Below, in pieces: positions 1 through 8,399 of a DNA stretch of 53,107 nt; position 1 is the first letter of the stretch, and each line of letters starts with the position of its first letter. A model generated the notes under the pieces. It worked only from the letters and a program-made list of their open reading frames with translations. It made no database searches and had not been told where the DNA came from. Both the position numbers and the translations under genes were made by a program. The stretch is from Collinsella sp. (lineage in GTDB: Bacteria > Actinomycetota > Coriobacteriia > Coriobacteriales > Coriobacteriaceae), in NCBI GenBank assembly GCA_019414465.1, contig DXLY01000003.1, forward strand, positions 3,137 to 56,243, read 5' to 3'.

Positions 1-1046
1 AAAAACTCACGCAGCCCGCAGTAGCCCGCATCGTAATAGGCGATGTTCAGGCGCTTGCAGTTGCGATGGCAAATGCCCTCAAAGGGGCAATCGGCGCACC
101 GCGCGCAATCGCGACGCGGCTCGTTCAAAAACATGCGCATGGTCTCACAGGTCGCCATTGCCTCAAGGGAATCGACGCGAATATCGCCCACGCGGTACTC
201 ATCCAGCGCATAGAAGTCGCACGGATACACCGAACCGTCGCTTTCCACCACGAACTGCGGAGCGCAGCGGCCGAGCATACCGCACTGCGACGGAAACTGC
301 CCGAGCGCCATCTGCATGACGTTCTCGAACAGCCAGATGCTCACATAGCGCCCAGCACCGAGCTCGCGCCACCACAAGTCGAACAAGCGGCGGTAGAACG
401 AGGAGAAGGCACGCGGGTCGAGCGAGAACGTGTCCCGCTCATCGTCGAGGCCCGGCAGGCACGGGATGAACTGGATATGGGTGATCTTCTCCTGCTTGAT
501 GAAGGAGAAGACGCGCTGTGGATGCGCCGCCATCTGCGAGGTGAGGACCGAGAGTATGTTGACGTCCACGCCGCGCTCGCGCAGCAGGCGAACGCCGCTC
601 ATGACGCGCGCGTACGTAGCGGCACCGTGCGCATCGGGACGCATCGAATCGTGCAGGTCGCGATAAGCGTCAACCGAGACTCCGATGAGGAACCCGTGCT
701 CGCGGAAGAACTCGGCCCATTCCTCTTCGATCAGGTAGCCGTTGGTCTGCAACGCCCAGCTCACCCGCTGGTTCTCACGGCGCTCCTCCACCCGCGCGAC
801 GAACGAATGGAAGAAGTCAAGGCCGGCCAGGGTGGGCTCGCCGCCCTGGAAGGCGAAAGAAATGTGCGCATCACTCGCCACGGCGAGTGCACGGTCGATG
901 ATGGCACTTGCCACGTCTTCGCCCATGACGCGGGCGCTCCGCTCCTCGCGATGAGCAGCGACATCGCAGTAAAAGCAGTACCTGCACCGCATGTTGCAAG
1001 CACTCGATGCCGGTTTTATCAAAAAGCCAATATGCTTCGCGCACAT
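1..1046 (-). CDS. Anaerobic sulfatase-maturating enzyme (radical SAM/SPASM, AslB/ChuR/anSME family); 3' end cut by window edge
   Basis: Absent from the ORF track because it has no stop in the window. Manual translation from ATG 1046 gives MCAKHIGFLIKPASSACNMRCRYCFY (CxxxCxxC plus the IKP..S.CN motif of anSMEs), then FAFQGGEPTL and a Cys-rich SPASM end (CHRNCKRLNIAYYDAGYCGLREF). It lies directly downstream of a sulfatase. Confidence 0.9.
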   Translation of the reverse strand, partial: MCAKHIGFLIKPASSACNMRCRYCFYCDVAAHREERSARVMGEDVASAIIDRALAVASDAHISFAFQGGEPTLAGLDFFHSFVARVEERRENQRVSWALQTNGYLIEEEWAEFFREHGFLIGVSVDAYRDLHDSMRPDAHGAATYARVMSGVRLLRERGVDVNILSVLTSQMAAHPQRVFSFIKQEKITHIQFIPCLPGLDDERDTFSLDPRAFSSFYRRLFDLWWRELGAGRYVSIWLFENVMQMALGQFPSQCGMLGRCAPQFVVESDGSVYPCDFYALDEYRVGDIRVDSLEAMATCETMRMFLNEPRRDCARCADCPFEGICHRNCKRLNIAYYDAGYCGLREF

Positions 1047-1149
1047 GGCACATACCCCCCTTCGCACAGGCTAGCCCTCACTCATCGGGCCGGAAACCAC
1101 CTCCTTACCCGAGGCGGCGCATCCGGCCCGCACAATCACCGCATGAATC

Positions 1150-2646
1150 TTAGGCCAAGCCCAGGCGCTCCTTTTGCTCGGCCGGGGACTCATGCTCCTC
1201 CAGGCCGCGCAGCAGCAGGTCAATCATGCGCTGTTCGGCGTGGTCGTCCTTGCCGGCGAGATTATTAACCTGGCCGTAGTCACTCTCAAGGTCGAACAGC
1301 ATCGTCTGCTCGACCTCGGCGAGCGGCGTGGCTCCCTCGATCTGGGCCGGCTTCTTACAGGGGATCTTGAACAGCGGGTACTTGGTGCGTTTGAAGTAGC
1401 GGCCACACTCAATCTCCTCCGGGCAGTCCGAACCCATCTTTTTGCGGATGGTGTGCGGCAGTGCGGTGTACTCGAAGCACGGCTGGTTGCCGGCGACCGG
1501 CGCGCGGAAGTAGGTGTAGCGGCCGTCGGTGACGTTGACGGTCATGGCGTGCACGCCGTACAGGGCGTAGCCACGCGTGGGCGCGTCAGCATCCGTCATG
1601 AGCGGCACGAGGGAGGTGCCGCACACATCTGCGGGAATCTCGCAGCCGTGGGCTTCAAGCACCGTGGGCATGATGTCGATTGCCTGAGTGAGCTGGCGGG
1701 CATGCTCGCCGGCGCGGGCGTTACCCGGGAAGTGCACAATGAACGGCAGATGCGCGAGCTCGTTATACAGGTGCATGTAGTTTTTGCCCATGTAGTCGCG
1801 CTCGCCCAGGAAATAGCCGTGGTCGGTGGTGACCATGACCATGGTATCGTCCAGCATCCCGCGCTCCTCGAGCTTGTCGATGAGCCTACCAAACCAGCGG
1901 TCGGTCATGGTGACGAGGGCCTTGTAGCGGCGCTGCAGGTAGTCCTCCGCGCCCTTGTTGACGTCGGTGGCGGAGACGCGCTTGTACTCAGGAATCTCGA
2001 AGTAGTCGCGGTCGAGCTCGCCAGTGCCGCCGTACATCTCCATGTACTTGTCGGGCACATCGAAGGGCTCGTGCGGGTCGAAGGTCTCAACCATAAGGAA
2101 GAAGTCGTCGGCCCCAGCATTGCCGTCGATCCAGTCGCAGGCGGACTGGAAGGTCTTGGGGCTCGGCATGTCCTCTTCGTTGGGCCAGAGCTGACGGTTC
2201 TTCTGGTACTGCTCGCGCACGCGCCCGTAGAAGGTCTCGGGCATGTTATTCGGCTCATCGATGCGGCTGACCCACGGGTCGCCCTCCTGGCCGCGGTAGT
2301 AATCCCAGGTGTTGAACTCCTGGAGGTAGCCCTCGCCACCGGTGCGTAGGTAGTGGCAGTGGTCGGTGGTGATGTGGCAGAAGTTGCCGTTCGCGCGCAG
2401 GCAGGCCGGCAGCGTCACATCGAAGGGCTCGATGGGGCCCCAGGGGCGCTCGAGGAAGTTGTAGCGACCGGTGAGGATGTCGCGGCGGGCAGGCATGCAG
2501 GGAGCCGAGCCGATCCAGTGGTTGTCGAACACGCAGGAACGCTCGGCAAAGGCATCGAGATTGGGGGTCTGGACGTCGGTTGCGGGGTTGTAGCACGACA
2601 GGACGTCGCGACGCAGAGTATCCATGAGCACGAGGACGGTTCTCAT
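1150..2646 (-). CDS. Cys-type formylglycine sulfatase (S1 family), no signal peptide
   Basis: MRTVLVLMDTLRRD start, CxPxR signature CMPARRDILTG and TTDHG metal-binding motif. RBS GAAAGGA precedes ATG 2646 (alternative ATG 2652). Confidence 0.88.
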   Translation of the reverse strand: MRTVLVLMDTLRRDVLSCYNPATDVQTPNLDAFAERSCVFDNHWIGSAPCMPARRDILTGRYNFLERPWGPIEPFDVTLPACLRANGNFCHITTDHCHYLRTGGEGYLQEFNTWDYYRGQEGDPWVSRIDEPNNMPETFYGRVREQYQKNRQLWPNEEDMPSPKTFQSACDWIDGNAGADDFFLMVETFDPHEPFDVPDKYMEMYGGTGELDRDYFEIPEYKRVSATDVNKGAEDYLQRRYKALVTMTDRWFGRLIDKLEERGMLDDTMVMVTTDHGYFLGERDYMGKNYMHLYNELAHLPFIVHFPGNARAGEHARQLTQAIDIMPTVLEAHGCEIPADVCGTSLVPLMTDADAPTRGYALYGVHAMTVNVTDGRYTYFRAPVAGNQPCFEYTALPHTIRKKMGSDCPEEIECGRYFKRTKYPLFKIPCKKPAQIEGATPLAEVEQTMLFDLESDYGQVNNLAGKDDHAEQRMIDLLLRGLEEHESPAEQKERLGLA

Positions 2647-2815
2647 TGGCATCCTTTCGATAGTTGGATTTGCCAGATGGCGATACGCCAAAGGCACATG
2701 GGCATAATGGAGCGCACCCCGATCGCGCACGATGGAGAGCACATGAGACAACGAGGCCCGCGCCCGGCATGCGGGGCGCGGGCATCAAACGATTTGCCTT
2801 TTGATAAGCTCGCGA

Positions 2816-3646
2816 TTAGGCGAAGATCTTGAACGCCGGGAAGTAGAAACCGATAGCGGCGAACACAAGGGAGAACACAATCAGACCGATGATGATCTGG
2901 GCGGAGTTCTTGCCCTGGCCCTTCTTGAGCAGGCGATAGCAGATGAAAGTCAGAACGACAGGCAGCAGGAAGGGCAACACCTTATCGAGCTGGTCCTGGA
3001 GCACCAGCGGGTCACCCTCACCGAAGGCGAACTGCACGGCAAGCTTGAGCTTAACGGTCGTGGCGATCAGGCCGCCGGTGACCATGACGCCCAGCACGTT
3101 GGCGAGGTTGCCCAGACGGTCGAAGACCTGGACGCCCGCCTTCTCGACGAGCTCCATGCCCATCTCGTAACCCTTGTGCAGGCCGAAGTACTTCAGCGGC
3201 CAGTACAGCAGGTTGATGAGCAAGAACATCACGAGCGGACCCACAATGGAGCCGTTGTCGACGCACATAGATGCGCCGATGGAGCCGGCGATCGGGAACC
3301 AGGTGAGGTTCAGCAGGGAGTCACCAAGGCCGGCGAAGGGACCCATGAGGGAGGTCTTGATGCCGACGACGGTGTCCTTCTGATCCTCATCCGTGGTCTC
3401 CTCCAGGGCGGCGGTGATGCCAAGGATGAAGGGGATCGCGAGCGGGTGGGTGTTGAAGTACTCGAGGTGGCGCTTCATGGCGTTAACGCGCTCCTCCTTG
3501 GGGGCGTCCTTGTAGAGCTCCTCGAGGACAGGGGCAAAGCAGTAGGTCAGGGACAGCGACTGCATGCGCTCGTAGTTGTGCGCGAATTGGCAACCCTGGG
3601 TGCGCAGCAGGACCTTGTTCAGGGTGGAGTTGGAGATCTTACCCAT
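2816..3646 (-). CDS. PTS mannose/fructose/sorbose family IID
   Basis: NYERMQ, YFNTHP and KTSLMGPFAGLGDS motifs of EIID-Man. Confidence 0.93.
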   Translation of the reverse strand: MGKISNSTLNKVLLRTQGCQFAHNYERMQSLSLTYCFAPVLEELYKDAPKEERVNAMKRHLEYFNTHPLAIPFILGITAALEETTDEDQKDTVVGIKTSLMGPFAGLGDSLLNLTWFPIAGSIGASMCVDNGSIVGPLVMFLLINLLYWPLKYFGLHKGYEMGMELVEKAGVQVFDRLGNLANVLGVMVTGGLIATTVKLKLAVQFAFGEGDPLVLQDQLDKVLPFLLPVVLTFICYRLLKKGQGKNSAQIIIGLIVFSLVFAAIGFYFPAFKIFA

Positions 3647-4455
3647 TAGAGATCGTACTCCTCGTCATCATCGGAGCCGGCGGCAGAGGCGGCGGCAGGG
3701 GCGGGTTGATTCTTCTGGCCCTCGGTAATGACGTCCCACACGCCGGCGGCGGCGCAAGCGGCGAGCGCGATGCCCACGGTCGGGACGTTGAGGAAGGCGG
3801 CCATGATAAAGCCGAGCAGCAGGAAGATCCACATGTTCTTCTTCATCATCATGGTGAGGAGCATGGCCAGACCGACGGCGGGCATCATGCCACCGGCGGT
3901 GGAGAAGCCGGTGAGGACCCACGGAACCTGGTTCTGCAGGAAGGCCATGATGTCCTCGATCACGAAGGAGCCGATGCCCGTGGCGATGAAGACGGGAACG
4001 GCGCGGGTCAGGAAGAAGCACAGGGCGCCGGTCCAGAAGAACTTGTTGACGGCGTTGAACTTACCGGACTCGATGGCCTTGTCGGCACCGTGGACAAGCG
4101 AGACGTTAGTGGTCATGACCAAGATGTTCAGCTGCTGAACCAAGGTGGCGGTGGGGATGCCGATGGCGACTGCCAGGGCGATGGCGCTGGCGGTGTCGGT
4201 GGAACCCATGATGCCCAGGGCGGCACCGACGATGGTGCCGGAGATGACATCCGGCGGAACATAAGCGCCGATGTTGTTGACGCCGAGCCACATGAGCTCC
4301 ATGGTCGCGCCGATCATGATGGCGGTCGTCATGTCACCGAGGATGATGCCGACGCCGACGGATGCCAGCAGGGGCTTGCGGAAGCCCAGGTGGGGACCGA
4401 ACTGGTCCCAAGTGCACAGACCCGCCCAGATGGCGAGCAGAAGTGCCTGAAGCAT
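3646..4455 (-). CDS. PTS mannose family IIC
   Basis: Hydrophobic, with GIILGD..A..IGAT.ELMWLG..IGAYVPPD motif. RBS AAGGAG before ATG 4455. Stop overlaps the IID start. Confidence 0.93.
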   Translation of the reverse strand: MLQALLLAIWAGLCTWDQFGPHLGFRKPLLASVGVGIILGDMTTAIMIGATMELMWLGVNNIGAYVPPDVISGTIVGAALGIMGSTDTASAIALAVAIGIPTATLVQQLNILVMTTNVSLVHGADKAIESGKFNAVNKFFWTGALCFFLTRAVPVFIATGIGSFVIEDIMAFLQNQVPWVLTGFSTAGGMMPAVGLAMLLTMMMKKNMWIFLLLGFIMAAFLNVPTVGIALAACAAAGVWDVITEGQKNQPAPAAASAAGSDDDEEYDL

Positions 4456-4535
4456 AAGCCTCTCCTTCCCTATTCGCCCATCGTTCCCTCCGATGGGCAC
4501 GCCCCGGGTTCACATGCCCGGAGATGGTTACTTAC

Positions 4536-5012
4536 TTAGTAGTTCTTGAGGAGCTCGGACACGGGCTCCTTGGAATCGCGCGTGGTGGTCTGCATCCAGC
4601 AGTCGACGCCGAGGCCAATGAGCTCCTCGAAGGCGGCCTTTTCCTCGGCGGTGACGGACATGTTCTTGTGCAGGCGATGACGCTGCTCGTTGAAGCGCAT
4701 GCCGGAGACGTTCAGGTAGTCGAACGGCAAGCCGTTCTCGTGCAGCTTGAGGGCGTCGATGGGGTTGGTGAAGAGCACCATCGTGGCCTTCTTGAGCTCG
4801 GTCTTCTTGAGGACCTCAATGAACTTCTCGACACCGAAGACGGAGACCTTGATGTCGGGGGCGGCGAGGCCGGCGACGGACTTCTGGACGGGGTCGTTGG
4901 CGACCTTATCCGAGACAATGATTGCCGATTCGATGCCGAAGTCGGGAATCCAAGTGGTGGCGACCTGACCGTGGATCAGGCGGTCATCGATGTCGACGAG
5001 TTTGAGTGCCAT
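4536..5012 (-). CDS. PTS mannose family IIB
   Basis: IDDRLIHGQVA phospho-His motif. Confidence 0.94.
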   Translation of the reverse strand: MALKLVDIDDRLIHGQVATTWIPDFGIESAIIVSDKVANDPVQKSVAGLAAPDIKVSVFGVEKFIEVLKKTELKKATMVLFTNPIDALKLHENGLPFDYLNVSGMRFNEQRHRLHKNMSVTAEEKAAFEELIGLGVDCWMQTTTRDSKEPVSELLKNY

Positions 5013-5129
5013 GATGTTCTCCTTTTCGTTTGCACGTTCCTTCAGTACCGTTTACGAATGCTCTGCTCGATCGAGGCGCCCACTCGGGGGATACGGGTGA
5101 GCGCCACTCGAATCGACGGGCTAACGAGC

Positions 5130-5570
5130 CTAGAGGTCCAAATCGTCCTCGTCTGCCTCCACGGCCGGAGCGGGAGCCTTGATCTCCTGCTGGGCCCCGG
5201 CGTGAGCGGCAGTGAGCTGGGCACGGACCGCGTCGGCGGAATCGAGGCCATCGCGGGTGAGCAGGAGCTCGACCGCAACGGGCATGGACAGGCCAGTGTA
5301 GGCAACCATGTTCATGCCGTTGAGCAGGCAGCGGGTAGTCACGTTGAATGGGGTGCCGCCGTAGATGTCGCATAGGGTGACGACGAGTTCGCACTCGGCG
5401 CTGAGGGTCTCGTAAGCCTCGCGCATCTCGGACTCGAAAGACTCCAGGCTCTTCTCGGCGGTGAGACCAAGAGCGATGACATCAGGCTGCTTGCCCGCAA
5501 TCATCTCGACGGCGCCGAGGGCGGCCTGAGCGAACTCTCCGTGACTTGCAAGGATGACACCGATACGCAT
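5130..5570 (-). CDS. PTS mannose family IIA
   Basis: ILASHGEFA (phospho-His) and DIYGGTPFN motifs. RBS GAAAGGA before ATG 5570. Confidence 0.93.
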   Translation of the reverse strand: MRIGVILASHGEFAQAALGAVEMIAGKQPDVIALGLTAEKSLESFESEMREAYETLSAECELVVTLCDIYGGTPFNVTTRCLLNGMNMVAYTGLSMPVAVELLLTRDGLDSADAVRAQLTAAHAGAQQEIKAPAPAVEADEDDLDL

Positions 5571-5594
5571 CTTCTGTCCTTTCATACTTATTAA

Positions 5595-5648
5595 TTCTCT
5601 TCGTTCTGTTCGTTCTGTTCGTTCTGTTCGTTCTGTTCGTTCTGTTCG
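5595..5648. repeat. 9-bp tandem repeat (TTCTGTTCG)x5 plus one degenerate copy
   Basis: Five perfect copies at 5604-5648 preceded by TTCTCTTCG at 5595-5603, in the AT-rich divergent control region. Confidence 0.95.
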
Positions 5649-5840
5649 TCTATATTTGTTTATTGGTCAAGAGATGATTTTTGGAATGAGCTCTATTTAC
5701 CTCCTATTTGATGGTTTTTTCCGTGAGCGTTATGTTTTGACCGGTGAAAGGTAATGTGCCTTCGTGAACGGTTTGCGTTTATTTATGTTGTTCGTTTACA
5801 TTGAAATAAGAACAAACGCTCGATGAGGGAGTCGGCACTC

Positions 5841-6605
5841 ATGAAATCCGAACGCCAGCAGGCCATTCTCGACTTGCTCGATCAACATCATTCGGTATCG
5901 GTAAACGAGATATCTAATACCCTATCTGTTTCGGATATGACCATCAGGCGTGACCTGGCCGAGCTTGCCGACAAGGGCCTTCTTGTGCGCGTACGCGGAG
6001 GGGCTCAGCTTCCACACTCCGCCCACGGAACAGCCCTTTCACGTTTGACCCCGCATGAGGAGAAACGTCGTTTTCAAGTTGATCAGAAACGTGCCGCTGC
6101 TATAGCCGCCGCCCAAACCGTCTCAGCCGGCGATACGATCTTTCTCGGTGGAGGCTCCACTCTCGAGCTCATGTGTTCGTATTTGCCCCAGGAGGACATA
6201 CGCGTCGTCACCAACAGTCTTCCCGTGCTGAACCTGCTAGCCGACAATCCACATATAGATCTATTCTTTGTTGGTGGCATGATGCGTCACGACACGCGAG
6301 TTTTCACCATGCCATACAACGGCCGCGGCCCCTACGGTCTATCCGCTCCCAAGGCCTACGTCTCGGCAACCGGTATTTTTGGAAACGAGGTCTTTGGCTC
6401 TCGTCCCGATGCAGCCATGGTCCTCTCAGACGCTCTTTCTCGAGCTCAGGAGCGTTATCTTGTTGTAGATGCTGAAAAAGTCGGAAGGCGCGACTTCTGC
6501 CTTTTCACCACACTGGAGGATATGACCGCGGCATTCATTAACGAGGACGCAGACCCCCGGACCATCGAGGCCCTCCGCGCCTATACCTCCGTCATTACCG
6601 CATAA
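5841..6605 (+). CDS. DeoR/GlpR/LacR family transcriptional regulator
   Basis: N-terminal HTH (VSDMTIRRDL) and DeoR C-terminal domain (GDTIFLGGGSTL, VVTNS). RBS GAGGGAG before ATG 5841. Confidence 0.9.
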   Translation: MKSERQQAILDLLDQHHSVSVNEISNTLSVSDMTIRRDLAELADKGLLVRVRGGAQLPHSAHGTALSRLTPHEEKRRFQVDQKRAAAIAAAQTVSAGDTIFLGGGSTLELMCSYLPQEDIRVVTNSLPVLNLLADNPHIDLFFVGGMMRHDTRVFTMPYNGRGPYGLSAPKAYVSATGIFGNEVFGSRPDAAMVLSDALSRAQERYLVVDAEKVGRRDFCLFTTLEDMTAAFINEDADPRTIEALRAYTSVITA

Positions 6606-6620
6606 TCCAATTGGCAAGCC

Positions 6621-7382
6621 ATGCTTAAACCCGAACGTCACGAACAATTACTTGAGCTGTGCGCTCAGCGCGGAATGGTCACTGTTGCCCAAGCCGCAAC
6701 AATCTTTGGTATATCTGAAATGACCGCTCGAAGAGACTTCGATGAGCTCTCGCGACGCGCTGGCGTCATCCGCGAGTACGGTGGCATCCGACTTTCAAGC
6801 GGCTCCCCCATTGCCGAAGAGGTCCCGTTTTTTGAAAAGCTCTCAATCCGCTCCCCTGAAAAAGAGCATATCGCACGCACCGCTGTCAACCTCATCAGAG
6901 AGCGCGACACCATCTTCCTCGGACCCGGTTCGACTTGCGCTCTCATCGCCCGTGCGCTGCCGCGCATGCGGCTGCGCGTCATCACAAACAGCATCATCGT
7001 GCTGAACATGCTCCAGACGCGTAACGATGTGGAGATCTGGGCCCTGGGAGGACAGTATCGCAAACGATCGGGTTCTTTCGTCGGGCCCATCGCCGAAGAT
7101 GCTCTCGCCCCGCTCGGTATCGACACTTGCTTTATCGGCACCAACGGCGTACTCGCCCAATCCATCTCCTGTTCTAACCTTGAGGAAGGACGCTTACAGG
7201 CGCTCGCTTGCGATCGCGCCGCCAAGCGTTACCTTGTCTGCGATTCAAGCAAGATCGGACAGATGGACTTCTTCGGCTTCTTCAATCTCGATCAAATGGA
7301 CGCACTCATCACCGATGCAAATGTCAACGACAAACAGCGTTCCATGGTTCTCGAATCAACTCGCATCATCGTCGCAGAATAG
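6621..7382 (+). CDS. DeoR/LacR family transcriptional regulator
   Basis: ISEMTARRDF HTH; DTIFLGPGST, VITNS, FIGTNG and DSSKIG motifs. Confidence 0.92.
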   Translation: MLKPERHEQLLELCAQRGMVTVAQAATIFGISEMTARRDFDELSRRAGVIREYGGIRLSSGSPIAEEVPFFEKLSIRSPEKEHIARTAVNLIRERDTIFLGPGSTCALIARALPRMRLRVITNSIIVLNMLQTRNDVEIWALGGQYRKRSGSFVGPIAEDALAPLGIDTCFIGTNGVLAQSISCSNLEEGRLQALACDRAAKRYLVCDSSKIGQMDFFGFFNLDQMDALITDANVNDKQRSMVLESTRIIVAE

Positions 7383-7415
7383 GCCTGTTTTGATTTAGCT
7401 GGACACCACAGCAAA

Positions 7416-7446
7416 GACCCCGATTCGATAAAGCCGAATCGGGGTC
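7416..7446. terminator. Hairpin between convergent genes, probable terminator
   Basis: GACCCCGATTCG-7 nt-CGAATCGGGGTC perfect 12-bp stem. Confidence 0.6.
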
Positions 7447-7481
7447 TCATTATTCGCATCAAATCGCAAATAGGTCAGCAG

Positions 7482-7709
7482 CTACTTCTCAGTGTAGACG
7501 CTCTCGCCACCGAGATAGGTCTCGACGAGGGATAGGTCGGGGTTGAGGACGACAACCTCACCCACGTAATCGGAGGTGCCGGCACCGGTGAGCACCACAT
7601 TGAGGCGACCGTCGCCCATGGCGCGGGCGTCGGCCAGGAACGCCTCGACGGCCTCAAGGTTATCCTTGTAGATGTTCAGCGTGTCAAGCCAAAGCTCGGG
7701 AGACGACAC
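7482..7709 (-). pseudogene. Chimeric remnant: N-terminal part of an AgaS-like SIS protein fused to the C-terminal tail of a NagA/AgaA-like deacetylase
   Basis: PELWLDT...VVLTGAGTSDYVG resembles the AgaS N-terminal SIS motif. VVVLNPDLSLVETYLGGESVY* resembles the NagA C-terminus. Only 75 aa, with no good RBS or start. Confidence 0.7.
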
Positions 7710-7740
7710 GTTGATGCCTGCTTAACTCTGCTCGCTCAGG

Positions 7741-8361
7741 CTAAAGACTTTGTTGAGGATCGATGATCTGCTGCAAGGTGAACTTACATTGGGACGTGTC
7801 GCATTCTTCTTGCGAATCCTCAAAATCAAAGATCATGATGGCGCAGTTGGGGAGTTTTGTTGGGAGCTCGAAGCCCTCTGGGGCTGCAGCCTTGATGAAT
7901 TGGCGGCTGGCGCTGCCGTGGCTTACTGCTAGGAGGGTTTCGATACCATCGGCGCCCATGATATTGGTGAGGGTGTCCACCATGCGCTCTTGCAACGCGC
8001 GGCTTCCTTCTCCTCCGAAGGGGACCAGGTCCTCGCCCGGATCCCAGACGTCGGTGGGGAGGGCATCGTGGGGACCTTCTTCGAAGGTGCCGTAGCAGCG
8101 CTCGATGATGCCTTCGCAGGGCTCGACAGCGGCGTCCGGACCGAGGAGTTCGGTAGCAACGAGCTGAGCTGTGTCCATGGCTCGGCCCAAGGGCGAAGAG
8201 ACCACTTTGTCGGGAACGACGTTGTGGGCTTTGAGCCACGCGGCTGCCACCCGTGCCTGCTGACGGCCCAGGCCGGTCAGCGGTGAATCGCAGCGGCCCT
8301 GGACCAGCTTTTTGACGTTGAACTCCGTCTGACCGTGGCGGAGTAGGTATAGGCGCTTCAT
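7741..8361 (-). CDS. Histidine phosphatase (phosphoglycerate mutase family)
   Basis: LYLLRHGQT, SSPLGRA and VSHG motifs. Confidence 0.9.
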   Translation of the reverse strand: MKRLYLLRHGQTEFNVKKLVQGRCDSPLTGLGRQQARVAAAWLKAHNVVPDKVVSSPLGRAMDTAQLVATELLGPDAAVEPCEGIIERCYGTFEEGPHDALPTDVWDPGEDLVPFGGEGSRALQERMVDTLTNIMGADGIETLLAVSHGSASRQFIKAAAPEGFELPTKLPNCAIMIFDFEDSQEECDTSQCKFTLQQIIDPQQSL

Positions 8362-8399
8362 GCTCTCCCCTTCTGCATAACTTGCTTTGCCGGCGCGGC

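Noticed and set aside
66..1268. 400-aa plus-strand ORF and similar long antisense ORFs (1174-2349, 13936-15867, 21483-23693, 47746-49317, 51542-53101)
   Set aside because: Each overlaps a well-supported gene on the opposite strand; here the real gene is the minus-strand anSME.
5554..5754. ORF with RSVRSVRSV repeats
   Set aside because: Translation of the 9-bp DNA repeat in a regulatory region, antisense to the IIA start, with no RBS.
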